The notes: generated from the sequence alone by a model not told the origin. Positions 31,447-42,321 are shown, counted from the stretch's first letter. The stretch: DNA of 64,000 nucleotides from Gammaproteobacteria bacterium (GCA_965222615.1 CBDCUI010000007.1:224001-288000), one strand, 5' to 3'. A program made the numbers and translations.

Positions 31447-32280
31447 ATGCTAAACAAAAAAATACAAAGAGTGTTTTTTATCTCAGATGGGACGGGCATT
31501 ACTATTGAATCTCTCGGTCAATCTTTATTCACACAGTTTCCAGACACTGAGTTTGAAAAAACTGTTTTCCCTTTTGTATCTAATCAGCAAGAAGCTGAAC
31601 GAGTTATCACACACATTCGAGAAGCTACTACTAGTGATAAAACTTCACCACTTGTATTCACCAGTTTAGCAAATGAAGAATTAAAAAATTTATTCATATC
31701 AAGTGACATTGCAATATTTGATATTTTTTCAATTTTTATCCCTGCTATGGAATCACATCTTGGTACTCCATCTTCACATGCGGTTGGCGAGACACATGGT
31801 GTTAGTAACACGTCTAATTATATTCAACGAATTGAAGCACTAAATTTTGCACTAAGTCATGACGATGGCATGAAAATAAATGACTTTGAACGTGCTGATA
31901 TTATTCTAACTGGCGTGTCACGGAGTGGAAAAACACCAACTTGTCTTTATCTCGCCATGCATTATAACTTAAAAGCTGCTAATTACCCGCTAACCGACAG
32001 TGATTTTGAATCATCGAGCTTGCCATCTGCGATTGCCAATTTTCAGGATCGTTTATTTGGCTTATCGATCTCACCACCGCAACTTTGTAAAATTCGTGAA
32101 GAAAGAAGACCAAATAGCAAGTATGCTTCGTATGAGCAATGTGTCTATGAAGTTAACAAGGCAGAGTCAATGTTTAATAACTCTCGTACACCTTATATAG
32201 ATACTAGTTCAATTTCGATTGAAGAAATTGCCACCACAATTATTCAACGCTTGGGTCTAAAAACTCAGGGTAAATGGTAA
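31447..32280 (+). CDS. ppsR: PEP synthase regulatory protein (kinase/pyrophosphorylase)
   Basis: [45 protein letters not shown]; start set at ATG 31447. Confidence 0.93.
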   Translation: MLNKKIQRVFFISDGTGITIESLGQSLFTQFPDTEFEKTVFPFVSNQQEAERVITHIREATTSDKTSPLVFTSLANEELKNLFISSDIAIFDIFSIFIPAMESHLGTPSSHAVGETHGVSNTSNYIQRIEALNFALSHDDGMKINDFERADIILTGVSRSGKTPTCLYLAMHYNLKAANYPLTDSDFESSSLPSAIANFQDRLFGLSISPPQLCKIREERRPNSKYASYEQCVYEVNKAESMFNNSRTPYIDTSSISIEEIATTIIQRLGLKTQGKW

Positions 32281-32635
32281 TAAAGGGTCTCGCTACTCAT
32301 AACCTCAATGAGTAAGTTTTGCCTCGGCATTACGATGCAAGTAAATCGCACAAACAACAAGCAATAAAGAAACAAAGCTATTGACTTCATTATGCGTATC
32401 TAAAATTCCAACATAAAGTGCATTAATAAACTACGGCACATCCTGATCTTCACTTGGCCGCCATTTGGCCTAAAATTTCTCAAAATTCACTTTCCAATCG
32501 AATACTCGTTATACAGCCTTGTATTCATAGCGAACGACAATTACTATCGTATCGACCTTGTAGGATTCCAGAATAAATATTACACATAGCGTAGGTTTTT
32601 ATACTTAGTCTAACAACCTAAACAAGAGCATCATT

Positions 32636-33031
32636 ATGGCAAAAGTGATTCATTCTATGATACGTGTTCTTGATGTAGAACGATCAAAAGTTTTTTACGA
32701 AAAGGCTTTTAATTTAAAAGAAAAACGCTATCTAGACTTTGACGACTTCGCATTAGTTTATCTGAGCAATGATGAAAATGATTTTGAAATCGAATTAACA
32801 CTCAATAAAGGTCAAAAAGAAGTTTACACACATGGTAGTGGCTATGGACATATTGCCGTGTGCGTTGATGATTTAGATGCGGAACATGCACGAATTAAAT
32901 CCCTAGGCTATGAGCCGCAAGACATTGTCGCATTCAGCCCTGGTGGCGAACTTTTAGCAAAGTTTTTTTTCATTAAGGATCCAGACGGATATGAAATTGA
33001 AGTTATACAAAGGGACGGAGATTACCAATAA
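32636..33031 (+). CDS. VOC / glyoxalase I family protein
   Basis: IHSMIRV, EIELT.N, HGSGYGHIA, FFIKDPDGYEIE. Confidence 0.9.
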   Translation: MAKVIHSMIRVLDVERSKVFYEKAFNLKEKRYLDFDDFALVYLSNDENDFEIELTLNKGQKEVYTHGSGYGHIAVCVDDLDAEHARIKSLGYEPQDIVAFSPGGELLAKFFFIKDPDGYEIEVIQRDGDYQ

Positions 33032-33156
33032 AAAAATCCTCACCAAACTAATCAATAGAGGTAAGTGGAGAAGGTATTGTGTGTTAGACCCAGATCTAAC
33101 ACATCGCGAGTTTTTACAGACCAACGGCATTGTATTGATGGGAAAATAGTAGCTAG

Positions 33157-33183
33157 AAAAAACCTCCACAAGGAGGCTTTTTA
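33157..33183. terminator. Bidirectional intrinsic terminator
   Basis: A-run, CCTCC-ACAA-GGAGG, T-run between convergent genes. Confidence 0.65.
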
Positions 33184-33201
33184 ATGTTTACACACAAGCA
33201 A

Positions 33202-33630
33202 TCACGCTAATTGCTTTGCTAAATCCTCAAGCACTGCGGCATAAATCGGGTTACAAAAAGCCGTTGCCTCATCACTATCTGTTAAATTTTCCCAGGAAGA
33301 ACGCCATTCAACAAATGTCTTATTCTCGTTAGTAACCGGAACTAAGCGAACATCGGCTAAGTAGTTCTTTAAATCGTTTTTAGAAATAGGTGATGGTCCA
33401 TCATCGATAGAATACTGAAAGCGATATTCGTTTTCATCGAAACCCACTAATGTTTCATATATGCCCTCATTTATTATCCGTTTAGCCCCTACTTCAGTAC
33501 CAGATTTATCTCCAACTGCTTCACATTTTGTGATTACATTTGGCGCCCATGAGAAATCATGAAAGTCCTTTATTGTTTCCCAAACTTTTCCCACTGGTGC
33601 ATCGATTACAATTGAATTAAAACAAGCCAT
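33202..33630 (-). CDS. SRPBCC (polyketide cyclase / MxaD-like) family protein
   Basis: IDAPVGKVWETIKDFHD.SW, VGAKR, E.L, Y.I, TFVEW. Confidence 0.85.
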   Translation of the reverse strand: MACFNSIVIDAPVGKVWETIKDFHDFSWAPNVITKCEAVGDKSGTEVGAKRIINEGIYETLVGFDENEYRFQYSIDDGPSPISKNDLKNYLADVRLVPVTNENKTFVEWRSSWENLTDSDEATAFCNPIYAAVLEDLAKQLA

Positions 33631-33646
33631 ATAACCCTCCTTTTAT

Positions 33647-34240
33647 TTATTTTGATACTAATGAATCCAAAATTACCTCAACAGTTTCCTTTATTTGTTT
33701 TCGACTCATGCCAGCTTTCACCATTGATTTCAATCCACTCATATTACTTACAAGAAAATGTGCTAAAACCTTTGCATCCTTTGTTTTAGGAATCTCATTT
33801 TTTAATTGCGCAATCTTTATGGCGTGTAAAAAAATCTTATTGAAATTATCAACGCTATCTTTCACCAATTTAGCAATTTCAATATCTCTTTGACCAAATT
33901 CATGTGCAGTATTTATTACCAAACAACCTTTTCTAGCAATTTTGTTCTGCGTTTCATCTGCAATACTTAAAAATGTTTCTTGTATAAATGTAAAACCAGA
34001 GGAGGCATTATTTAAGTCATCCTCTAACTTCTTCAGCATTTGCTTCCGGTAATGTTTAATACACTGTTGAAATAAATTTTCTTTACTTGAAAACGTTTGA
34101 TAAAAACTACTTTTCGATAGCTGCATACAAGACAATAAATCCAACAATGAAGTCGCTGCATAACCTTTATGCCAAAACTCATGCATAGCTACATCTAAAG
34201 CAATAGTAGGATCAAACTCAATGGGCCTACCCAATGTCAT
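33647..34240 (-). CDS. TetR/AcrR family regulator
   Basis: [39 protein letters not shown]; start set at ATG 34240. Confidence 0.92.
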   Translation of the reverse strand: MTLGRPIEFDPTIALDVAMHEFWHKGYAATSLLDLLSCMQLSKSSFYQTFSSKENLFQQCIKHYRKQMLKKLEDDLNNASSGFTFIQETFLSIADETQNKIARKGCLVINTAHEFGQRDIEIAKLVKDSVDNFNKIFLHAIKIAQLKNEIPKTKDAKVLAHFLVSNMSGLKSMVKAGMSRKQIKETVEVILDSLVSK

Positions 34241-34270
34241 GACATGAAATTTCCTTGAAAACTCTATTAT

Positions 34271-34284
34271 GGACCGATCGGTCC
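34271..34284. promoter_or_regulatory. Probable TetR operator (perfect 14-bp palindrome)
   Basis: GGACCGATCGGTCC 30 bp upstream of the TetR start. Confidence 0.7.
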
Positions 34285-34415
34285 TAAATTTAAGCATAAA
34301 ATATTCCTAGCAACAAGGGATATTAAAAATCTGCTGAAAAAGGCTGCCTTACTTTAAAGCATAATTGGACTTTGGGACTTGATAGCAAACAAAATAGTTT
34401 TAAACTTTAAACTGT

Positions 34416-34730
34416 TTATAGCTCGCGTTTTTTGTGCTGCATTCTACGCGTACGCATTTCTTGAAACTCCTGTAGTTGCTCTGCGGTTAAAAAAGTTTCT
34501 AGTTGGCTTAAAGTTTCTTGATACTGTTCTTTATGGTATGCACGCATCTTCTCATGTTTGGTCTGCATGACTGTTCGAAATTGTGTTGCTTGTTCATCAT
34601 TTAACTCTAGCTTTTCAATCATTCGGTCGACATGCTTACCATGCTTTCCTCCCGGACATGCAAAAGCCGCTATTGAGATTAATGGGATGCATATTAGTAA
34701 TCCGTACAATAGTTTTTTCATTTCGTTCAC
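34416..34730 (-). CDS. Spy/CpxP-like periplasmic protein
   Basis: Signal peptide, LELNDEQ and LTAEQ motifs; downstream of a BaeSR-like pair. Confidence 0.75.
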   Translation of the reverse strand: MNEMKKLLYGLLICIPLISIAAFACPGGKHGKHVDRMIEKLELNDEQATQFRTVMQTKHEKMRAYHKEQYQETLSQLETFLTAEQLQEFQEMRTRRMQHKKREL

Positions 34731-34848
34731 CTAAATAGAATTAAATTCTTGACCCAAAGAAGTATAGATATCAATCGTGTAAGAAATATGCATAAAATGT
34801 GATTTGCTGTGAAAATGTGTGGCCCAGATTCTATATTTCAAGTAGCGT

Positions 34849-35517
34849 TTACATTTCAAGCTTATAACCCACTCCATATACAGAACGAATAATATCCTCC
34901 CCATTATTGATACTTGTGAGTTTTTTTCTAAGTTTTTTGATATGACTATCGATAGTTCGATCACTCACTACACGGTGATCATCATAAATCGAATCCATCA
35001 ATTTATTACGCGAATATATATGTCCTGGATCGTCCGCAAGAATTTTTAAAAGTTTAAACTCCACTGCGGTGAGCTCGGTTTGCTGTGTATGGATTCTCGC
35101 GATATGGCGTGATTCATCTAATTGCAATATGGGTTGATTTGACTTATTGATTCCATCTACACGACGTAAAATTGCTTTTATTCGCGCAATTACTTCGCGT
35201 GGGCTAAAGGGTTTGCATATGTAATCATCCGCGCCGAGTTCAAGCCCTAATAAACGATCAACCTCTTCCACTCTAGCAGTGATCATGATAATGGGGACAT
35301 TGGATCGATTGCGAATATCCCTACATATTTCCATGCCATCCTTTCCAGGCAACATTACATCTAATAAAACAATATCTGGCTTAATTTGTTTAAACTTGGT
35401 CAGCGCATTTTCTCCATCATGTTCTATCTCGTATTTAAAACCTGCTTGTCTAATATAATCTGCAAGCAGCTCTGCTACTTTTTGTTCATCCTCAATAATA
35501 AGTACGGTTTGGATCAT
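34849..35517 (-). CDS. baeR: OmpR-family response regulator, BaeR-like
   Basis: LLDVMLPGKDG, ARVEEVDRLLGLELGADDYICKPFSPRE, DRTIDSHIKKLR. Confidence 0.85.
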   Translation of the reverse strand: MIQTVLIIEDEQKVAELLADYIRQAGFKYEIEHDGENALTKFKQIKPDIVLLDVMLPGKDGMEICRDIRNRSNVPIIMITARVEEVDRLLGLELGADDYICKPFSPREVIARIKAILRRVDGINKSNQPILQLDESRHIARIHTQQTELTAVEFKLLKILADDPGHIYSRNKLMDSIYDDHRVVSDRTIDSHIKKLRKKLTSINNGEDIIRSVYGVGYKLEM

Positions 35518-35522
35518 GCGTC

Positions 35523-36947
35523 TTATTTGCTAGAATTTTTTGGTAGCGCGATATGAATGTGCAAACCACCAAGTGACGATTGCTTTGCTTCGATGATGCC
35601 TTGATGTGCTGCAACAATATTTTTGCAGATAGATAGCCCTAAACCTGCACCACCGGACTTACGATTACGCGAATTATCCACTCGATAAAGGCGCTCAAAT
35701 AATTTTGGAATGTCGGCAGCAGCTACACCAGGGCTTGAGTCATTAAAATCAATTACTACTTCATCTTTATTTTGCTTTAGCTCAATTTTTAATTTGCCCC
35801 CCTGGTTGGTATGACGTAGCGAGTTTGACAAAAGATTAGCAAACAGCTGATGCAAACGATTTGGATCTGCAAAAACAATTAAACTCGAGCTTAAATTTTC
35901 ATCATAAATTATATCGATATTATTACTTTTAAACTCATCTGCATAAAAATCAATGGCCTCATTCAACACTTCGCCGATATTGATATCCGCCTTTTTATAG
36001 CTCAATGCACCAACATCTGAAAGTGACAATTCATACAAATCATTTACTATAGTTTGAATATGCAAGATTTCAGCATGCAGTGATTCAATCACCTTTGGAG
36101 ACATCTCACGAACTCCATCTTTGATGGCTTCTATTTCCCCACGCAGTATAGTGAGTGGTGTACGTAACTCATGCGAGATATCAGCAATCCATTGTTGTCT
36201 AGATTTCTCGTTTTTTTCTAGCGTAGCTGCCAGTATATTGCATTCATTTGCCAATTGACTTAATTCGTCTTTAGTCGTTATCGAAAAGCGTGTGCCAAAA
36301 TTTCCAGCTGCAAGTGCGCGTGTGCTTGAAACTAATTCTTTTATTGGATTCACAAATCCTCTGGCTAACCAATATGCCATCAGTAGAGAGATTATAAAAA
36401 TCCCCAACGCACTATATTGAATAGTGCGAACTAACTGTTTAGTAAAACTTAAATCTAACTCGTCACGAATCTCAGTAGTCGGATTAAAGCTTAAATAACC
36501 AACAATCATATTGTCCGACATCAGTTCCAGTTCTATCGCATTATCCTTTGCAGACTCACGCCCTATCAGCAATACTCTGTTAGGATTTAATAATCGAATT
36601 CGATGCAGCATACCACCATGAAGTCTCACAGGGTTTTTTCTTTGTGGCTTTGCTTTTTGAAGTGAAGCATCTTGTTGTTTAAAATTACTATGACGCTTTC
36701 TAATCCCTTTAACAAGGAAGTCGCGCCAGGTCTTATGGTTAACTATAAGTGGGTCCCAACTTTTTTCTTTCTGATAAAATTTTTCTAAATCTATTTTGAC
36801 ATCGGCTAAAATTAAATTTTCATGTTCATTTAAATAACTTACAAACCCACGTTCTAATGCCCATTTGCTCAAAAAAACCATGCTTATCAATATAATCAAA
36901 CTTAGTGAAAATATTGCGATAAATAATTTGTGACTGAGCTTATGCAT
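35523..36947 (-). CDS. baeS: Sensor histidine kinase, BaeS-like
   Basis: Two TMs, HAMP, ADISHELRTPL, NLLSNSLR, RLYRVD.SRNR..GGAGLGLSI. Confidence 0.85.
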   Translation of the reverse strand: MHKLSHKLFIAIFSLSLIILISMVFLSKWALERGFVSYLNEHENLILADVKIDLEKFYQKEKSWDPLIVNHKTWRDFLVKGIRKRHSNFKQQDASLQKAKPQRKNPVRLHGGMLHRIRLLNPNRVLLIGRESAKDNAIELELMSDNMIVGYLSFNPTTEIRDELDLSFTKQLVRTIQYSALGIFIISLLMAYWLARGFVNPIKELVSSTRALAAGNFGTRFSITTKDELSQLANECNILAATLEKNEKSRQQWIADISHELRTPLTILRGEIEAIKDGVREMSPKVIESLHAEILHIQTIVNDLYELSLSDVGALSYKKADINIGEVLNEAIDFYADEFKSNNIDIIYDENLSSSLIVFADPNRLHQLFANLLSNSLRHTNQGGKLKIELKQNKDEVVIDFNDSSPGVAAADIPKLFERLYRVDNSRNRKSGGAGLGLSICKNIVAAHQGIIEAKQSSLGGLHIHIALPKNSSK

Positions 36948-37595
36948 AAAGGTGAGAACGTAATTAATCTAGATAAAAAACTATAGCAATCGATTACTCG
37001 ACAAAAGCAGCAAAAATATAGTTTCCTTATTGTTTGCATAAATAATGCTGCTGATTTTGAAATTGAGGTAAATAAAGGTTTGTGCCCCTATATTGATCAC
37101 ACTAAATTCAACCAATACCTGCACCAGATTTTCTATAAAATCAATTTATTTACACTATAAAGAAACTTAAGGATTATTCTCCAATAAGCAGTTCTAAAAA
37201 TTAATTTTATAGCCCTTATTAGCGTTATTGTGGATCGCACCCGGTATTTTCCTGAAACAACTAAATATTGATTATAAATCATGCATTTTCGCCAAATCTG
37301 CTTTGTACGTAGTGCTTTTGATCGTGCATAATAAGCTTTCGGCTAGTATTTATCCGTTGCTTTAGTTTTTTTTATAAGCTTGTTTAAATTTATAACTATC
37401 CGCCAAAAAGAGAATAGAACAATTAAACTTATTGCCTAATAATAAGAATATATATATAAAAATAAATAGTAATTAAGTCGAATCTCTTTTTATAAACAAA
37501 GGTATTCGAACCAAGTAAAATAATATTTATTGCATACTATGTATAGGTATGCAGTTGATTTTAAATTAGCTCATGATTTAGATGGAGGAGTTTTC

Positions 37596-38129
37596 ATGAA
37601 AGCCAATTATTATCTTTCACCGACTTTAAAAAGTACTCAAGAAATTTCAAAAGATTTGCATGGGGTTGGAATCAACGATTGGTTTATTCATGTCATCAGT
37701 AAAGATGAAGCGGGGCTCAATAAACAACACATTCACTCAAGTAACTATTTAGAAACTCTTGATTTACTACGTAATGGTGGCATCGGTGCTTTAATTGGTT
37801 TTATAGCTGGTGTTTTTGCAGCCGGCGCATTGATGTATTTCAAACCGTTTGGTCCCAACATGCCGGAATATGTATATCTTATTGTAATTGTTCTGCTGAC
37901 TTTGTTTGGGACGTGGGAAGGTGGACTTTTTGGCGTTGCGAGTGAAAATAAAAAGCTAGCGCACTTCCGTGACGAATTAGAAAATGGTCAATATTTAATT
38001 TTGATCTATACCGGGAAAAAACAAGAAGCGGCTGTAAAAAATGTAATGGCCGAAAAACATCCTGAAGCTAAATTAGTTGCCACGGATAGACAGTATTTTA
38101 ATCCATTTGGCAGTTTAAAAAGGATATAA
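37596..38129 (+). CDS. Hypothetical membrane protein (2 TM, Gly-rich hairpin)
   Basis: GGAGGAG RBS before ATG 37596; GALIGFIAG and LFGTWEGG helices. Confidence 0.7.
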   Translation: MKANYYLSPTLKSTQEISKDLHGVGINDWFIHVISKDEAGLNKQHIHSSNYLETLDLLRNGGIGALIGFIAGVFAAGALMYFKPFGPNMPEYVYLIVIVLLTLFGTWEGGLFGVASENKKLAHFRDELENGQYLILIYTGKKQEAAVKNVMAEKHPEAKLVATDRQYFNPFGSLKRI

Positions 38130-38201
38130 TCTATGCGCTACATCAGTGCGCCCATTCATAAAAAGAATATAATCTATGCACTACATGAGTGCGCCTATTC
38201 A
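38116..38201 (+). repeat. Tandem duplication, 2 x 43 bp, upstream of cyoE
   Basis: TAAAAAGGATATAATCTATGCGCTACATCAGTGCGCCCATTCA / TAAAAAGAATATAATCTATGCACTACATGAGTGCGCCTATTCA (39/43 identical). Confidence 0.9.
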
Positions 38202-38220
38202 CTAAGGAGTTAAAAAAATT

Positions 38221-39120
38221 GTGAGTGCAACTTTAGCAGCTGCTCGTAGCCAATTCTTCGATCTTTTTGAAATATGTAAACCCCGCATCGCACTATTGGT
38301 ATTGGTCACTACTTTCACAGGCATGTGGTTAGCAGGAAATGGCACAGTGGGACTAGAACTCGTAGTTTTCACATTAATTGGTACTGGCCTTGCTTCTGCG
38401 GCAAGCGGTGCATTTAATAATTATGTAGATAGAGAAGTAGACAAACGTATGGCACGGACTCGTACTCGTGCACTACCCTCTTCTCGATTACATCCTCAAC
38501 AAGCTCTATGGTTAGGAGTAATGTTGAGTATGTGGTCCTTTGCAATACTCTTTTATTTAGTTAATCCTTTAACTGCTTATTTAGCTGCCGGCACAACCTT
38601 TTTCTATATTGTAATTTACACAATTTGGTTGAAACGCTCTTCTTCTTTATGCACTGAAGTGGGTGGCATTGCAGGAGCATTACCTCCTGTAATTGGCTGG
38701 GCAGCAGTAAGTAATGAAATTGCTTGGCCCGCCTTAGTGATGTTTTTAATCATGTTTATTTGGCAACCACCCCATTTTTGGGCTTTAGCACTCCTGCGAG
38801 CCGATGAATACCGCCAAGCGAATTTACCTATGTTACCTGTGGTAAGCGGTAAGCGAGCTACAAAATTACGTATGCTGCTATACACAATTGCTTTAATTCC
38901 AGCAAGTACCTCAATGTACTGGCTAGGGCTAGTAGGTCCTGTTTACCTATTTTTGTCGTTAGCCTTAGGTGTTGTGTATTTAATATTGACCATAGACTTT
39001 GCACGTAAGCCTATTACTCACCAAAGCACGCGTAGACTGTTTGGGTTCTCCATTTTGTACTTACTGGGTTTATTTACATTAATCTTTGTAGATTGCCAGT
39101 GTGGAACTGGAATAGTTTGA
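38221..39120 (+). CDS. cyoE: Protohaem IX farnesyltransferase (haem o synthase)
   Basis: KPRI, NNYVDREVD..M.RT..R.LP, YT.WLKR, GALPP.IGW, WQPPHFWAL. Confidence 0.95.
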   Translation: MSATLAAARSQFFDLFEICKPRIALLVLVTTFTGMWLAGNGTVGLELVVFTLIGTGLASAASGAFNNYVDREVDKRMARTRTRALPSSRLHPQQALWLGVMLSMWSFAILFYLVNPLTAYLAAGTTFFYIVIYTIWLKRSSSLCTEVGGIAGALPPVIGWAAVSNEIAWPALVMFLIMFIWQPPHFWALALLRADEYRQANLPMLPVVSGKRATKLRMLLYTIALIPASTSMYWLGLVGPVYLFLSLALGVVYLILTIDFARKPITHQSTRRLFGFSILYLLGLFTLIFVDCQCGTGIV

Positions 39121-39163
39121 TGAATAACAACAAATTTCACCTCACGAATAAGGAGTCTTAGGT

Positions 39164-40516
39164 ATGGCAATTGCCATTATTATAATTTTACTCGTTATTG
39201 GGTCTCTTATTTTTCATTTTATGAGTCCGTGGTACTTCACAGAATTGGCTTCTAACTGGGGCATGATTGATGTAACCGTGTTAATTACATTTATAGTCTG
39301 TGGAATTGTCTTTGTTGCCGTCAATTTATTCTTGGCGTACTGCATTATTAAATTTAGAAATAAAAACAAAGATCAACGTGCTAAATACGAACCGGAAAAT
39401 AAAAAATTAGAAGGCTGGCTCACTATTATCACCGCTATTGGTGTAGTCGCCATGTTAGCACCAGGATTAATTGTCTGGGGCAAATTCGTATCACCACCGG
39501 ATAACGTGGCAATCGTCGAAGCAGTTGGTCAACAATGGCGATGGAGCTTTCGCCTCCCCGGTAAGGACGGAAAACTTGGTACCACCGATACCAAGAAAAT
39601 AAGTATCGATAATCCATTTGGAATGAATGCCGATGATCCGCATGGTCAAGACGACATTTTGATTGCTGGTAGTGAATTACATATACCAGTTGACCAGCCT
39701 GTTAAATTTCTTTTGCGCTCAAAAGATGTACTTCACAATTTCACCGTTCCACAATTTCGCGTGAAGATGGACTTAGTACCGGGAATGGTGACCTGGCAAT
39801 GGCTAACTCCTACCCGCACTGGAACTTTTGATGTTCTCTGTGAAGAACTATGTGGCATTGCTCATCATGCCATGCGTGGCAGAGTGGTAGTGGAAGAAGA
39901 AGAACAATATAAAATCTGGTTATCCCAACAACCAACCTATGCACAATCAGCTGCTCATCAACCAGGTGATGCCGCTGCCGGCAAAACTTTATATCAAGTC
40001 TGCGCTTCATGCCATGGGCTCGAGGGAGAAGGAAATCAAGCATTAAATGCGCCTAAAATCAGTGGCCAAGAAAATTGGTATCTAAAACGTCAACTTACTT
40101 ATTTTAAAGATGGTATTCGTGGCGCAAACCCACAAGATGCCTTTGGGCAGCAAATGGCCCCAATGGTAGCAACTCTGGCGGATGAAACCGCAATGAATGA
40201 TATCGCAGCTTATATCCAAACCTTACCCAATAAGCCTTCTACCCCAACCATAAGTGGTAATGTAGAAAACGGGCGAGACCTTTATGAAACTTGTGGCAAA
40301 TGTCATGGTAAACAGGCAGAGGGGAATTGGGCAGTGAGTGCACCACGTATTGCTGGCATGAGTGACTGGTATTTAGTGACACAACTTAAGAATTTTAAGA
40401 ACGGAATTCGTGGTGCTCATCCTAATGATACAACAGGAAAGCAAATGGGATTGATGGTCCCAGGTTTAAGTGATGAGAAAATCAACGACCTAGTCGCATA
40501 TATCAACACATTGTAA
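39164..40516 (+). CDS. coxB: Cytochrome c oxidase subunit II with two fused cytochrome c domains
   Basis: GQQWRW, DVLHNF, CuA motif CEELCGIAHHAM; CASCH and CGKCH haem motifs. Confidence 0.93.
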   Translation: MAIAIIIILLVIGSLIFHFMSPWYFTELASNWGMIDVTVLITFIVCGIVFVAVNLFLAYCIIKFRNKNKDQRAKYEPENKKLEGWLTIITAIGVVAMLAPGLIVWGKFVSPPDNVAIVEAVGQQWRWSFRLPGKDGKLGTTDTKKISIDNPFGMNADDPHGQDDILIAGSELHIPVDQPVKFLLRSKDVLHNFTVPQFRVKMDLVPGMVTWQWLTPTRTGTFDVLCEELCGIAHHAMRGRVVVEEEEQYKIWLSQQPTYAQSAAHQPGDAAAGKTLYQVCASCHGLEGEGNQALNAPKISGQENWYLKRQLTYFKDGIRGANPQDAFGQQMAPMVATLADETAMNDIAAYIQTLPNKPSTPTISGNVENGRDLYETCGKCHGKQAEGNWAVSAPRIAGMSDWYLVTQLKNFKNGIRGAHPNDTTGKQMGLMVPGLSDEKINDLVAYINTL

Positions 40517-40570
40517 AAAAGATATTAGTTTTAATAGTACAGTAGAGAATAGAGTAACGAGGAGATAGTT

Positions 40571-42319
40571 ATGGCACATGTTGCATTAGCCGACAAAGGA
40601 CAAGAACTTGCCCATCCAAAGACTTGGATTGGCATGTATGTTTGGAGCCAAGATCACAAAGTAATCGGCATTCAGTATATTATCACCGCTACACTGGTGG
40701 GGATTATCGGGGTTGTATTATCCGCTTTGATGCGTCTGCAGTTAGGTTATCCTGATGTCTTTGATTTTATACAGCCTAACGAATATTACTCTGCAGTTAC
40801 CTTGCATGGCATGATTATGGTTATCTTCATGCTTACTGCTTTTTTCCTGGGAGGATTTGGCAATCTATTAATTCCGTTGATGTGCGGAGCCAGAGATATG
40901 GCGTTTCCCTATATGAATATGCTCAGTTATTGGGTGTTTTTAGCTTCAGTCATCGTGTTATGTACAAGCTTCTTTGTACCAGGTGGCCCTACTGGTGCGG
41001 GCTGGACCTTATATCCGCCACAAGCTATTTCGGAAGGTACGGCCGGGGCTGGCTGGGGAATTTTACTGATGTTGGGTTCATTGGCATTGTTTATTGTCGC
41101 ATTCACCATGGGTGGCTTGAACTACATAACTACCGCATTTCAAGCGCGCACCCGCGGAATGACATTAATGCGTATGCCGTTATCTGTGTGGGGCATCATC
41201 ATGGCGACCATTTTAGGCTTGTTGGCCTTCCCTGCATTGCTAGTGGCCGCAGTTATGATGTTATTAGATATTCTATTGGGTACGAGTTTCTTTATGCCCG
41301 CCATGACATCACTTGGAGAACAAATGGATACTACGGGTGGTACGCCAATTTTATTCCAGCATTTGTTTTGGTTTTTTGGGCACCCTGAAGTATATATCGT
41401 AGCATTACCTATGTTTGGTATCGCATCAGATTTAATCAGCACACATGCCAGGAAAAATATCTTTGGTTATCGCATGATGGTGTGGGCATTAGTCGCCATT
41501 GGCGGATTAAGCTTCATTGTATGGGCTCATCATATGTATGTCAGCGGTATGAACCCTTACTTTGGTTTCTTTTTTGCTACGACTACATTAATCATTGCCG
41601 TACCCACTGCCATTAAAGTCTACAACTGGGTACTCACTCTTTGGCATGGCAATATTCATCTTACCATTCCAATGATGTTTGCACTTGCTTTCATCTTTAC
41701 CTTTATCCACGGTGGTTTAACGGGCCTGTTTTTAGGCAATGTAGCCGTGGATGTACCACTTTCTGATACCTATTTTGTAATTGGACATTTTCATATGGTC
41801 ATGGGCGTCTCACCCTTCTTGGTAATATTTGGAGGCATTTATCATTGGTTTCCAAAGTTCACTGGACGTATGATGAATGAAACCATGGGTAAGATTCATT
41901 TCTGGGTTACTTTCTTAGGTACGTATGCAGTTTATTTACCTATGCATTATCTTGGCATAATGGGTGTACCGCGTCGTTACTATACATATGGCACGATAGA
42001 AGCCTTTCCAGATTCTGTACAGACTGTGAATACAAGCATCACCATCGCAGCGCTGATCGTTGGGACCGTACAGCTTTTATTTATCATTAATATCGTATGG
42101 AGTTTATTTAATGGCAAAAAGGCTGACAGCAATCCATGGCGTGCAACCACACTAGAATGGCAAACTCCGGACACACCTCCTAAACATGGTAACTGGGGTC
42201 CTGAGCTTCCCGTAGTGTATCGCTGGGCCTATTCTTACAGCGTACCTGGGGCAAAAGAAGACTTCATTCCACAAAATGAAGAACCAAGCGAAAACTCTAG
42301 GCACGAAGTGGAGACTTAG
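40571..42319 (+). CDS. coxA: Cytochrome c oxidase subunit I (A1 type)
   Basis: DHKVIG, HGMIM, GWTLYPP, FWFFGHPEVY, WAHHM, HFH, PRRY. Confidence 0.96.
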   Translation: MAHVALADKGQELAHPKTWIGMYVWSQDHKVIGIQYIITATLVGIIGVVLSALMRLQLGYPDVFDFIQPNEYYSAVTLHGMIMVIFMLTAFFLGGFGNLLIPLMCGARDMAFPYMNMLSYWVFLASVIVLCTSFFVPGGPTGAGWTLYPPQAISEGTAGAGWGILLMLGSLALFIVAFTMGGLNYITTAFQARTRGMTLMRMPLSVWGIIMATILGLLAFPALLVAAVMMLLDILLGTSFFMPAMTSLGEQMDTTGGTPILFQHLFWFFGHPEVYIVALPMFGIASDLISTHARKNIFGYRMMVWALVAIGGLSFIVWAHHMYVSGMNPYFGFFFATTTLIIAVPTAIKVYNWVLTLWHGNIHLTIPMMFALAFIFTFIHGGLTGLFLGNVAVDVPLSDTYFVIGHFHMVMGVSPFLVIFGGIYHWFPKFTGRMMNETMGKIHFWVTFLGTYAVYLPMHYLGIMGVPRRYYTYGTIEAFPDSVQTVNTSITIAALIVGTVQLLFIINIVWSLFNGKKADSNPWRATTLEWQTPDTPPKHGNWGPELPVVYRWAYSYSVPGAKEDFIPQNEEPSENSRHEVET

Positions 42320-42321
42320 TC

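Noticed and set aside
37268-37282. FNR-like TTGATTATAAATCAT upstream of the cox region
   Set aside because: Spacer is one base off consensus in very AT-rich DNA
38116-38201. Possible mini CRISPR array
   Set aside because: Only two directly abutting copies, no unique spacer and no cas genes
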